64,000 nucleotides of DNA from an uncultured delta proteobacterium. GTDB taxonomy: Bacteria; Desulfobacterota; DSM-4660; Desulfatiglandales; HGW-15. This document shows, piece after piece, positions 53,016 through 63,781 of this stretch. How positions within the stretch are numbered: position 1 is the first letter of the stretch; each line of letters opens with the position of its first letter. The notes beneath the pieces were generated by a model. The model saw nothing but the letters and a program-made list of their open reading frames with translations. It was not told where the DNA came from and ran no database searches. The translations under genes and the position numbers were made by a program. The stretch is from NCBI GenBank assembly GCA_963740905.1, contig CAVUFY010000012.1, forward strand, positions 213,040-277,039, written 5' to 3'.

Positions 53016-54560
53016 TTATTGATCAGCCAACGGAAAGCGAAGGGAGAAACATGTCCCCTGTCCGACCTTGCTGTGGACCTCAATCCTGCCATCGTGATTC
53101 TTCACGATGCCATAGACGATCGAGAGCCCCAGGCCGGTGCCTTCTCCCTCTTCTTTGGTGGTGAAAAAGGGATCGAAGATCTTGTCGATATGTTTCTCAG
53201 GAATCCCATAGCCTGAGTCTTCGATGATAATCCAAGCCTCTTTGTCCGCGTCACCGGATTTCAGGGTCACCTTCAGATCTCCACCGTCGGGCATGGCCTC
53301 GACGGCGTTGAAGATCAGATTCAATAAACACTGCTGGAGCTGGTTTACGTCACCTCGAATAATCAGAGGTTCTTCAGCGCAGTCAAGAATCGGGGTGACG
53401 TCTTGGAGTTCCATCTTGTGCCGGGTTAGTGAGAGAACCGCTTGTATTACCTCTTTCAGTTCCACCTCCCTGGCTTCCATAGTAGACTCTCTGGCAAAGG
53501 AAAGGAGCCCGGATACAATCGCGCCGCAGCGCTCGAGCTCTTTCGACATGAGGCCGAGGTAATGGTTGAATTCTCCAAGGTCATTGGCAGTGGGTTTGCC
53601 TTTGCTCAACATGGACTGCATGAGATGGGAGAATGTCAGCAGGCCCTGGATGGGATTGTTGATTTCGTGGGCGCAGCTCGCGGCCAGCTTTCCGAGTGAT
53701 ATCAATCGATCCTCCTGAACCAGTTTTTCCAAGTCCGTCTTCAGCTCCCTGAGCCGCATCTCCCAGCGGGAAGAGAGCTGTTCCGTGATGTCTCTCCAAA
53801 TCTCGATCACCCGGACGATCTCTCCACTTTCATTGGTCCTGAGGGGATAAGTTTCAAGATCGCAGTATATTCTCCTTTCCCTGTCTATCACATGTTCATG
53901 GATCACGTGCGCCGATTGGCCGGTCCTCAACGTCTCAACCAGGGGGCATCCCATTTCCGGGAGCCAATTCGAGCAAGGGGAACTTAATCCATGGGTGATC
54001 TCGTGACAATGCCCTCCGATCACTTCTGCCTTGGACTTGTTCACGGCTTTCAGATAGCCCTCACTGGCCTCTACGATAGTGAAATCCGGTTTTAAAACCA
54101 CAATCCTTTCGTGGGCTTGCTGCAAGAGAAACCTTGAAACCATCCTTTCCAGGGCGACTTCCTTTTCCTTAAAGCCTAGATCCCTGATCGTAAGCAAGAG
54201 AGTCTGGAACAGACCGCTAATCCGATGATCGAGAATCCATAAGCCCTCTGGTCTGAGCCGAGTCAGTTCAAGGAGCACGTCCTGACTCTTGGTCAGTTCG
54301 AGGATACCGTCTAGATCTCGAATTTCTAAAATGTCCCGGTAGTCTTGAGTGGTGAATATCCCCAAATCCCGGGCGAGCCGAAACCCCTCGGCCTGCGGGT
54401 CAATGTCACAAACCCCCAGGATTCTGACCTTCACACGGGGAAAGGAGATTTGCCGAAAAAAATCGATGAAAAACCTGCAGGTTTCACCGCCTCCCACGAA
54501 AGCGAGGTTCAATGTCAGCCATTTTGAATTTCGGGGTGGCTTCTTGGTCTTTTTCTTCAT
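53016..54560 (-). CDS. Sensor histidine kinase (PAS with a Cys/His-rich pocket)
   Basis: [27 protein letters not shown]-box [13 protein letters not shown], and DSGYGI...GTGLGLSIV. Confidence 0.9.
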   Translation of the reverse strand: MKKKTKKPPRNSKWLTLNLAFVGGGETCRFFIDFFRQISFPRVKVRILGVCDIDPQAEGFRLARDLGIFTTQDYRDILEIRDLDGILELTKSQDVLLELTRLRPEGLWILDHRISGLFQTLLLTIRDLGFKEKEVALERMVSRFLLQQAHERIVVLKPDFTIVEASEGYLKAVNKSKAEVIGGHCHEITHGLSSPCSNWLPEMGCPLVETLRTGQSAHVIHEHVIDRERRIYCDLETYPLRTNESGEIVRVIEIWRDITEQLSSRWEMRLRELKTDLEKLVQEDRLISLGKLAASCAHEINNPIQGLLTFSHLMQSMLSKGKPTANDLGEFNHYLGLMSKELERCGAIVSGLLSFARESTMEAREVELKEVIQAVLSLTRHKMELQDVTPILDCAEEPLIIRGDVNQLQQCLLNLIFNAVEAMPDGGDLKVTLKSGDADKEAWIIIEDSGYGIPEKHIDKIFDPFFTTKEEGEGTGLGLSIVYGIVKNHDGRIEVHSKVGQGTCFSLRFPLADQ

Positions 54561-54664
54561 AGGTCCCGCTTTGGATAGGGCATTGGCTTATGTGAAACAC
54601 GGTGCGGAAGATAGGAGGAGTATAGGCCAAAAAAATTCCAGGGTCAACGGCGCCGGCCGCCCTC

Positions 54665-57600
54665 TCAAATCTGGTTGACCATGGCCATGATCTGCTCGTC
54701 ATCAAAACCCTTAAGCCGAATAGCTCCGCTCCGGCACGAGGCTACACACAATCCACAGCCCTTGCATAAAACCGGATTGATTTCCGGCGAACCGTTTCCG
54801 AAGACAGTAGGCGCCCCAAAAGAACAAATGTCTACGCAGACACCGCACCGGCTGCAAGAGGCAGGATGTATTTGAGCAATCAGGCCGCTCACGAGTGCTT
54901 TACCCGCTGCCAGGTATCCGGCGGCACGGCCGGCTGCTGCCATAGCTTGGGCAATGCTTTCGTCCACAGACTTGGGAGAATGGGCCAGTCCGCAGAGAAA
55001 CACCCCTTCGGTAGCAAAATCGACCGGTCGCAGCTTGGCATGGGCCTCCACGAAAAAGCCGTCCCCATCCACAGGAAGCTTAAAAAGTTTTGCGACTGGC
55101 CCATTGTCGGGGGCTATGATGGCAGTGGCCAGAACGAGTAGGTCTGTCTTTATTTGGATCGGTCTTTGCAAAGTCGGATCAAGGACCGTTACCTCCAAGG
55201 CATCATCCCCTCTTGACAGAACGCGGGGTTTGCTATCTACGTCGTATCGGATGAACAGGATGCCCTTTTTGCGGGCTTGAGTATACAATGCTTCTCTTTG
55301 CCCGTAGGTTCTCAGGTCGCGATAGAGGACACAGATATCCAAATCAGGATTTCGACGGCGCATTTCCAATGCGGCTTCTATGGTATGAGTGCAGCATACC
55401 CGGCTGCAATAGGGCCGGCCGGGCTCGCGAGAGCCCACACACTGGATGAAGATCGCCGAACGGATTCTTTTCAGTTCCGGGTCGTCTTGGACAAGAAGCC
55501 TGTCCAGCTCTAATTGAGTGATCACTTTGGGATGCTCGCCATAGCAGTACTCGTTGGGCTTGAACTCTTCTGCTCCAGTGGCTATGACGGTCACTCCGTG
55601 CTTTAGAACTGTCTTTGCGCCGTCCTCTTTTCGTGTGAGCGTCGATGTGAAGTTACCAACGAAGCCCTCGACCTTGGATAGGACTGTAGTGAGATAAACA
55701 CGGATGAGGGGACCATGTTCCACTTCATTGATCAGTTGCCTCAGGTAGTTGCGTATGGATTCTCCTTTCCATGTCTGGTGGAGAGACCTGGCCACGCCTC
55801 CCAGCTCACTGTTCCGCTCGACCAAATGAACCTGAAAGCCCTGATCCGCCAGGTTCCTGGCTGCCGTCATGCCTGCGATTCCTCCCCCGAGGACAAGGGC
55901 CTCAGGATGCATCCCCACTTCAGTTTCCTGAAGGGGCTCCAAAAGGGCCACCTTTGCAACAGCCATCCTTACCAGATCCTTAGCCTTTTCCGTGGCCGAA
56001 GTCGGGTGACCGCTGTGGACCCAGGAATCCTGATTCCGAATGTTGGCCATCTCGAAGAGGTATTTGTTCAAGCCGGCATTCAGCAGAGTCTCCTGGAAAA
56101 GGGGTTCATGGGTTTTTGGTGTGCAGGCGGCCACAACCACTCGATTAATCCCAATTTCCTTGATCACCTGTGACATCTTTACCTGGGTATCCTGAGAACA
56201 GGTGTAAAGGTTGTCTTCAACATAGACCACATAGGGAAGAGATTTTGCGTAATTCCGAACCGCTGGCACATCCACCACGCCCCCGATATTGATGCCGCAT
56301 TGGCATACAAAGACTCCAATGCGGGGAGATTCTCCGAGCACATTGATCTCTACCGGCCTCTCGGCAACCTGGGTTTGAGACCACCTGCTCTCCTTAAGCA
56401 ATGCGCTTGACGCGGCTGCAGCCGCAGAGGCCTCTATAACGGATTGGGGAATATCTTTGGGGCCTTGGAAGGATCCGCAGGCATAAATTCCAAGCCTTGA
56501 AGTGGCCACGGGGTGGAAACTGTCGGTCTTCGCGAAATGATGTTCGTCAAGCTCCACTCCCGCCCGGCGCGCAAGTTCAATGGTCTTTTTTCCAGCCTCA
56601 AAGCCTACCGACAAGACGACCATGTCAAAGATTTCGTCTTTGGTCTTTCCTGTGTCATCGACATACCTTATATTTAGATCACCCTCTCCCGACGTTTCAA
56701 CACTATGAATTCGGGAGCGAATGAAGCGAACGCCAAGCTCCTTTTGAGCGCGCGTGTAGTACTGCTCGAACGCCTTACCATAGGTGCGCATGTCCAGATA
56801 GAAAATGGTTGCGTCCAAGTCTGAATGTGCATGGTCCTTCGCAATCATCGCCTGCTTTATGGCATATGTGCAGCAGACCGAAGAGCAATAAGCGTTCCCG
56901 CTGTTACGATTGCTTCGTGAGCCGACGCACTGGACCCAGGCAATCCTTTTGGGCTCCTCCCGGTCATAAGGACGCATCAGACGCCCCATAAACGGGCCGG
57001 AAGCGCTGAGCAGTCTTTCAAATTCCAAGCTGGTGACCACGTTGGGGGAGGCGCTATAGCTGTACATGTCCAGTTTGGAGGGATCAAAAACCCTGTTGCC
57101 GGTTGCGATGATGATCGCTCCCACCTCCAGGACCCTTTTTCGAGGTTTGTCGTCGTAGCGCACCGCCCCTGCTAGGCAGATCTTTTCACAGAGCCCACAG
57201 CCAATGCACGCATCCCGATCGATCGCATACGACAGGGGCACAGCCTGCGCATAGGTGATGTAAGTGGCCGCGCGCCGGTCAAGACCGCAGTCGAACTCGT
57301 TGACCGCCCTGACCGGGCAGACCATACTGCACTGTCCGCAGGCGGTGCACTTCTTCGGGTCAATGTATCGCGGGCGGTTGGATAAAGTGACCCGAAAACG
57401 GCCGGGTTCACCTTCCAGTTCCTTGACTTCCGTACTGGTGATAACGTCAATGTTGCGATGCCGGCCGACCTCGACCAGTTTCGGCGAAATGATTCACATG
57501 GCGCAGTCGTTGGTGGGGAAAGTCTTGTCCAACTGGGACATGAGCCCGCCGATGGTAGGCGATTGGTCCACAAGGTGGACGTAGTATCCCAAAGCGGAAA

Positions 57601-57685
57601 GATCCAGAGCAGCTTGCATGCCTGCGATCCCAGCGCCCACCACCATCACGGCGCCTCTGTGGTTGTTGGCTGTCGATACGCTCAT
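54665..57685 (-). CDS. hdrA: HdrA-like flavoprotein selenoprotein (Sec encoded by TGA 57494-57496)
   Basis: ORFs 57494-57685 and 54665-57325 are in the same frame. ...[12 protein letters not shown]-[TGA][18 protein letters not shown]...[12 protein letters not shown]... has 56 open codons bridging the two, and the TGA replaces the Cys of the HdrA motif NDC.MC.LSPK. Confidence 0.85.
57461..57478 (-). other. Candidate SECIS hairpin (HdrA 1)
   Basis: mRNA CUGGUCG-AGGU-CGGCCGG: a 7-bp stem including 2 G-U pairs, starting 15 nt after the UGA. Confidence 0.55.
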
Positions 57686-57740
57686 TTTGGTCCCCTTGAT
57701 CTTCTATGTATATGGTGTCCTGCTTGAAAGACTTGACTCG

Positions 57741-58601
57741 TCAGAGACCACCCCGCGGCCGGGCCGGAACGGCGTTTGGTTGCGGCCTGAGGACTGCATT
57801 AGGATTAGAATCATGACTTCCTCGTGTCGATCTTTCCAGGGATCCATAACCCGGGTGGACAAATTTTGGTGTCGTTCCCTGATAGGATTCGATTTCAGCG
57901 TGGTGCTGTCTTTCCAGTTCGCCCAGCCGAAGGGAGACGGTGTAGACAGGCAACCCGGTCAAAAAGGCAATCTCCCTGACCGACAAAGGCTCCCGCATAA
58001 TCGCCTCTGAGACGAGGGCACTCTGGTATTCTTCCTCTGTGGCCTGCTGCAAAAGATTTTTGTAATGTTCTTCGGGGACGCTCTCACCATAAACATTTCC
58101 CTCCCGGGTAAGCGAAAGCTCTATTCCCATGAGCCACCGCAGTCTCTGTGAGGTTAAGGACGTTTCAACAGCCTCCAGTTCCATTTCATACCGGGCAGGA
58201 TCAAAAGGCCCAAGATTTCTTGTCATCTCACTGAACTGCGTCACATATTCTGCAAAAAGTTTACCTTCCGCTGCGCTCACCCAACGCAGGCAGAGTCGGT
58301 CACCACCAATCCCTGAGAGATCCAGCAGCCTTTTGACGACCTCCATCTCCTTCGCCACATGGACATTACCGTACAGGTAATGGCATTCCCCCATGTGTCA
58401 GCCGGAGACAAAGATGCTGTCAAATCCTGTTCTAAGACCACGTATCACGAAAATGGGGTCAACCCGTCCGGAGCACATGGTTCTGATGACCCTGATTGCA
58501 GGAGGGTATTGAATCCTCGACACACCTGCCAGATCCGCGCCTGCATAGGCACACCAGTTGCAGAGGAATGCCAAGATCTTCGGTTCAAATTGCTCAGTCA
58601 T
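57741..58601 (-). CDS. mvhD: MvhD-like selenoprotein (Sec encoded by TGA 58398-58400) with a ~200-aa C-terminal extension
   Basis: ...ILAFLCNWCAYAGADLAG...IRTMCSGRVD...FDSIFVSG-[TGA]-HMGECHYLYGN. The TGA replaces the first Cys of the G-C-x-x-G-(D/E)-C-H motif (GCLEGDCH in the Cys copy at 9444-9881). Both ORFs are in the same frame. Confidence 0.8.
57778..57804. repeat. 27-nt dispersed motif, copy 3 (inside the 3' end of the mvhD-fusion ORF)
   Basis: ggttgcggcctgaggactgcattagga. Confidence 0.55.
58364..58382 (-). other. Candidate SECIS hairpin (MvhD)
   Basis: mRNA CAUUACC-UGUAC-GGUAAUG: a perfect 7-bp stem starting 15 nt after the UGA. Confidence 0.55.
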
Positions 58602-58711
58602 GGCCTATCGTCCCTTTTCATCACTCCACTTTGACGGCTTCGTAAGAAGTCCATCTGCGGCGTTGCGCATTTCAGGCCGTCACCAAATGGTTTCTCAAAG
58701 CATGACACGGT

Positions 58712-61700
58712 TTACATCTGCACTTCAAAAAAGCTCTTCACCAGTCGATCCCATCCGATCTCGGGAAAGTGGCCGAAGAGATCCGGAATAATCTCGCCTC
58801 CGGTGGCGGCGAGACGCTCGTATTCCTCCCCGAGAAGTCGCAGAAGTCTTTCCGTTTCTTTCTCCATCCATCTCAGCCTTTGTTGACCGGAAAGCAAGCC
58901 TTTCAGATCGCTTTTAAACGCAACAGGTTCCAAGATGATCAGCCATCCCTTCTCATAGGGATCCTCAGAGAGGGTTTGAGTCTGATCCAGCACATTTGCG
59001 TTCACATCGAAGATCTTTCCTGTTACAGGAGAGAGGATATTCGCTCTGTGACCACCCCGTGTTAAGAGCCAGCCCATTCGGCCCTGATGTAAGAAGGTCC
59101 CCCTTCGCGGGATCTCCACGCCATCGGGCCGGCCGAGCACCTTAAGCGTGAAATCGTCGACACCGATCTTCACCCTGCCGCCACGTTCAAGAGATAGCCA
59201 ACTGTGGCCCCTGTGGAAGTAATAATCATCTGCCATGCGACAGCCTAAAACGGAGGAGGAAGATTTGCCTCTTGCAGGTCGATGAAGAGGCTTGAACGCC
59301 ATCGCGTTTTCTCCGCCCGCCTGAATAGCCGCATAGATCTCCGTGTCTCGGAAGTGCTTCATGTCTATGGCTTTCTGCGGACAAACCGCGGCACAGAGGC
59401 CACATCCCTTGCAAAGGGCCGGAAGGTTTTCCGCGCGGTATCCCTTGCCGTCAGCCTTAACAAGCCTCACCGCGCCAAAGGGACAGGATGTTTCACAAAG
59501 ACCACAGCCAATGCAAAGTTTTTCATCGATGACCGAAACGATCGGTTCGACCTCCACGTATTCCTGACTGAGCACCATGGATGCCCGCATCGCCGCCGCC
59601 TGTGCCTGGGCAATGGATTCTTCGATGGGTTTGGGGTAATGAGCCAGGCCGCAGAGGAAGATGCCCCCTGTTGAGAAATCCACTGGCCGCAGCTTTGCAT
59701 GAGCTTCCATGAAGAAGCCGTCCTTGTTCAGGGGGACCTTGAAGGATTTGGCGAGCGCCTCGTTCTCGGCGGGCACAATGGCGGTAAACAGGTTCACCAA
59801 GTCGACGTCCATGCTGATGTGGGCCCTTAAAATAGGATCCTTCACTGTGATCCGCACTTTCTCCTTTCCATTGACCAGGACCTTCTGCACAGAGGGTTTG
59901 TCGTCGGGAGAATAACGGATGAAGATTATCCCGAGTTCGCGAGCGCGGCGATAAAGGGATTCCCGTTGGGCATAGGTTCTCATGTCGCGGTAGAGGACAT
60001 AGATTTGCTGTTCCCGCTTTCGCTCTTTCAGTGAAATGGCCTTCTTGACAGATGCAGTGCAGCAAACCCTCGAGCAGTAAGGTCTTTCCGGCTCTCGCGA
60101 CCCGACGCACTGGATGAGGGCAATGGCCTCTGATCGTTCGATACGTTCCGGTTCCCTTTCAAAGAGGTCTTCCAACTCGTGCCAGCAGGTCACACGGTCC
60201 GTTTGGCCGCAGAGATACTCGTTCGTCTTGACAGGATGTCCGCCTGTCGCGAGGATGGTCACACCGTGAGACAGTCGACGTTCTTGGTGATCTATTTCCA
60301 CGGTGGTGGTGAAATTTCCAAGGAAGCCTTTAACATCCTTTACCTGAGTGCTCAGCAGAACTTCTATGTTGCGGTGCCCTTGGATCTCCTGTTTCAGCCG
60401 GTTAAGATAGGCCTTTACCTCTTCGCCTTTCCAGGTTTCTCGGACCTTCAAAGCATATCCGCCAAGCTGAGCATTCTTTTCGATGAGATGGGTCTTGAAT
60501 CCCTGCTCAGCAAGGTTCAAGGCAGCGCTCATGCCGGAAATCCCTCCGCCGATCACCATGGCAGAACGAACTATTTCAAGGCGCAGAGGCTCTATGGGTG
60601 AGGAAAGGCAGACCTTTGAAACGGCCATCCTCACAAGGTCCTTGGCCTTCTGGGTCGCCTGCCGGGGCGTTTCCTTATGCACCCAGGCGGCATGGTCACG
60701 GATATTTGTGAATTCAAGCAGGTAACGATTTAGTCCGGCCTCGCTCATCGTCTCCTGGAATAAAGACTCATGGGTTCTCGGCGAACAAGCGGCTACCACG
60801 ATGCGGTTGAGCCCTTGATCCCGGATGACGTCTCGGATCATTTGCTGAGTATCCTGACTGCAGGTGAACATGTTCTCGGCCGCGTAGACGACCCATGGAA
60901 GTTTTTTTGCATAGTCCTTTACCTCAGGCACGTCTATGACGCTCCCGATGTTCACGCCGCAATGGCAGACAAATACGCCGACCCGCGGAGGTTCCTCACT
61001 CACCGAGTTCTCTTCCGGGTAGCATTTTTTATGGGTAAGGGTATGGCGAGAATTCTTGAGCAGTGCTGCACACTGACTCGAAGCGGCGGAGGCCTCGGTG
61101 ACCGACTGGGGGATATCCTTGGGACCCGAAAAGCCGCCGCAAACGAAGATTCCCGGAACGGAGGTGCAGGTCGGGGAGGTGCAATCGGTCTGCACAAAGC
61201 CGTCAGAATCCAAGGCAATCCCCAATTTGTCCGCTATTTTCAATGAATCCTTGGAAACTTCGAGGCCCACGGAGAGCACGACCATGTTGAAAACCTCAAA
61301 GCAAATTTTGCCCTCCTCATCAACATAAGAGAGCTTAAGGTCATCAGAGCTTTGACCTGCGGGCTCTATGGTGTGTATGCGAGATCGAATGAAACGGATT
61401 CCGGCTTCCTCTCTGGCCCTTTGGTAGTACCGATCAAATTCTTTGCCATGGGTGCGTATATCAATGAAGAAAATAGCCGTGTCCAGGCCATGCCGTGTGT
61501 GCTCTTTCGCTGTAAGCGCCTCTTTGATGGTGTACATGCAGCAAACGGATGAACAATAGCCGTGGTTTAGATCTCTCGATCCCACGCACTGGAGAAAGGC
61601 AATCCTCCTGGGTTCTATTCCGTCGGAAGGGCGAGTCAGATGACCTTGAGAGGGTCCGGTGGAGCTGAGCATTCGTTCGAACTCCAAGCTGGTGACCACG

Positions 61701-62350
61701 TTCTGGAACTCATCGTAACCGTATTCACGGAGGGTCCGCGGATCGACAGGTTTGAGCCCCAAAGCGAGGACCAGGGCTCCCACTTTGATCTCATAGCGCT
61801 TTGCCTGTTGAGAAAAATCTATCGCTTTTGCCGGGCACAATTTCTCACAGGCTCGACATTTCCCCTTTTCAAAATAGAGGCAATGTTCAGCGTCAATAGC
61901 GTACTTCAGAGGAACAGCCTGGGGGTACCGCACATAGGCTGCTTTGCGCCGGCTCAGACCCTGGTTGAATTCGTCATCTACTTGGCGTGGACATTTTGTG
62001 GCACAAAGGCCACAGGCAATGCACCTGCTTGTGTCCACATAGCGCGGGACCTCATGGAGGGTGACCTCGAAACGGCCGGCCGAGCCCCTGACGGCTTCGA
62101 CCTCTGTTAACGTGTGGAGAAGAATGTTTGGGTTCCGGCCGACCTCGACCAGTTTGGGTGAGAGGATTCACATGGCGCAGTCATTGGTTGGAAACGTCTT
62201 GTCCAAGGCACTCATGATCCCGCCAATGGCCGAGTCTTTCTCAACAAGGTGTACCAGATATCCTGAGCCGGACAAGTCAAGGGAGGCCTGTATCCCGGCG
62301 ATTCCACCGCCGATGACCATAACCGATCCTGTGGTCTCCATACGAGTCAT
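58712..62350 (-). CDS. hdrA: HdrA-like selenoprotein (Sec encoded by TGA 62168-62170) fused to a C-terminal GcvH-like domain
   Basis: ...[12 protein letters not shown]-[TGA][17 protein letters not shown]... is in frame with the 1108-aa ORF (43 bridging codons). The last 174 aa (58712-59236), MADDYYFHRGHSWLSLERGGRVKIGVDDF...SPVTGKIFDVN...DPYEKGWL, are glycine-cleavage-H-like. Confidence 0.85.
62135..62152 (-). other. Candidate SECIS hairpin (HdrA 2)
   Basis: Same CUGGUCG-AGGU-CGGCCGG, 15 nt after the UGA. The spacer differs from HdrA 1. Confidence 0.55.
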
Positions 62351-62474
62351 GAGATGCTCCTTTTGAAGCGGGGTATGAACGACAACCGTGCATTGGTGGG
62401 CTTCTTTGAAGCGAATGAAGCCGTTATTTTCTTCATTTCGCGCTTAGGGTTTTCGGGTTTAGGAAGCCGAATCC

Positions 62475-63638
62475 TTATCCTTTTACTTGAGTACGAAGGA
62501 AGATGCGAACGAGCGAATCCCATCCCACCTCAGGGAAGCTTCCGAACAGGTCTTCTGTGGGCTCGCCGCCTGTGGCTGCCAGTCGCGCATACTCGGGTCC
62601 AAGGGACTCAAGGAGAAGCCGATTTTCCCTTTCCATCCATTCCGAGGTTTGCCGGCCGAAATAGAGCGCTTTCAACTCATTCTTGAGATAGTAAGGGTCG
62701 AGCAGGAACAACCATCCGCCGTGGTACGAATCCTGATGGCAGAGGGCCGGATTATCTATTGCTTTGGAGTTGAGAGCTACTACCTTCCCCGACAGAGGCG
62801 ATTGCATGGGCGCCTGGTGGCCGTTGCGAAACATCGCACATCCCACCTCTCCCTGCTTTAGGGAAGCCCCGACAACGGGAAGTCGCAACTCCCTTGCCTT
62901 GCCGAAAACCTTTGCCACGAAGTCGTCCATGCCGACCCGCACATACCCGCCCTGTTCGAGGTGGACCCACAAATGCCCTAAGTGATAGTAATAATCGTCA
63001 GCCAGCGTGTAACCTGATATCCTGCTGTACCTCGGCTCAATAAAAGATTCGTGTTTTGCTCTCGCGGAATGATTTTTGTAGACGCTGCAGCGGAAACATT
63101 CGTGGTTCTCTTTACACTCCTCTGGCATTCCGGCTTTGCCTAGCAGGGCATAGATACACGGCTTCGCGGCCGTTTCGTACGTCTCCTTTATCTGTTCAGC
63201 CCAGTCGGAGGGCGCAGCCCTTCTTCCCCAGCGAACCTCATGTCCCATGGCACGGCGCATGTTCAGGTCGAATTCGCAATGATCACAGTCACACTCATTG
63301 TCGCAAAGGTGAAAGTTGATGATGCGAGCCTTCATCCATATGCATTCCTGTCTTGCAAGAGGGGCAATAGGGGGATTCTTCTTGAGTTCCTCATAAGAGA
63401 CGAGCACGACGCCATCATGGTGCAAATTCTGAACATACTCAGCGCCGGTTACTTTGATCACCTCTTCGTAATCGAAAGGCTGATCAATGCTGATCCAATT
63501 TTGTGGAGCAGGTTGTTTGATGCATGCCGGATTGGTGTCTTTCTCCGGTTTTTCTTGAGCAGAACTCTTTTCCATGAGCACGAGAGCCGGTTGTTTTTTT
63601 TTAGTCTTCTTTCCCCTCCTTGATGGTTCAGTTTTCAT
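62475..63638 (-). CDS. Cys/His-rich protein with a C-terminal GcvH-like domain
   Basis: AAAGGAGG RBS 7 nt before the ATG at 63638 (MKTEPSRRGKK...). The middle has HLCDNECDCDHCEFD and CKENHECFRCSVY. The C-terminus, LADDYYYHLGHLWVHLEQGGYVRVGMDDF...SPLSGKVVALN...GGWLF..., is paralogous to the HdrA-fused domain. Confidence 0.6.
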   Translation of the reverse strand: MKTEPSRRGKKTKKKQPALVLMEKSSAQEKPEKDTNPACIKQPAPQNWISIDQPFDYEEVIKVTGAEYVQNLHHDGVVLVSYEELKKNPPIAPLARQECIWMKARIINFHLCDNECDCDHCEFDLNMRRAMGHEVRWGRRAAPSDWAEQIKETYETAAKPCIYALLGKAGMPEECKENHECFRCSVYKNHSARAKHESFIEPRYSRISGYTLADDYYYHLGHLWVHLEQGGYVRVGMDDFVAKVFGKARELRLPVVGASLKQGEVGCAMFRNGHQAPMQSPLSGKVVALNSKAIDNPALCHQDSYHGGWLFLLDPYYLKNELKALYFGRQTSEWMERENRLLLESLGPEYARLAATGGEPTEDLFGSFPEVGWDSLVRIFLRTQVKG

Positions 63639-63765
63639 CACACAGCCTCCTTTCTCATATGGCACGTTCATGCCGCCAGCCATCCCCTCGCTGCAAGAAC
63701 CGCATGCTTCATTGCGAAAGTCTTTAGGAAAGAGGACTGTCAGCATTCTTCTCATCCTTTGGAAA

Positions 63766-63781
63766 TGCAATGGGGATGCCA
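63766..63781 (-). promoter_or_regulatory. Candidate sigma54 promoter of the GcvH-like/hdrA/mvhD/hdrA operon
   Basis: The minus strand reads TGGCAT-cccca-TTGCA, about 125 nt upstream of the ATG at 63638. Confidence 0.65.

Noticed and set aside
58712-59236. The GcvH-like domains as bona fide lipoyl carriers of a glycine cleavage system.
   Set aside because: The lipoyl-Lys position is Gly-His in both copies, and no gcvP/gcvT/lpd or lipoate ligase genes are nearby.
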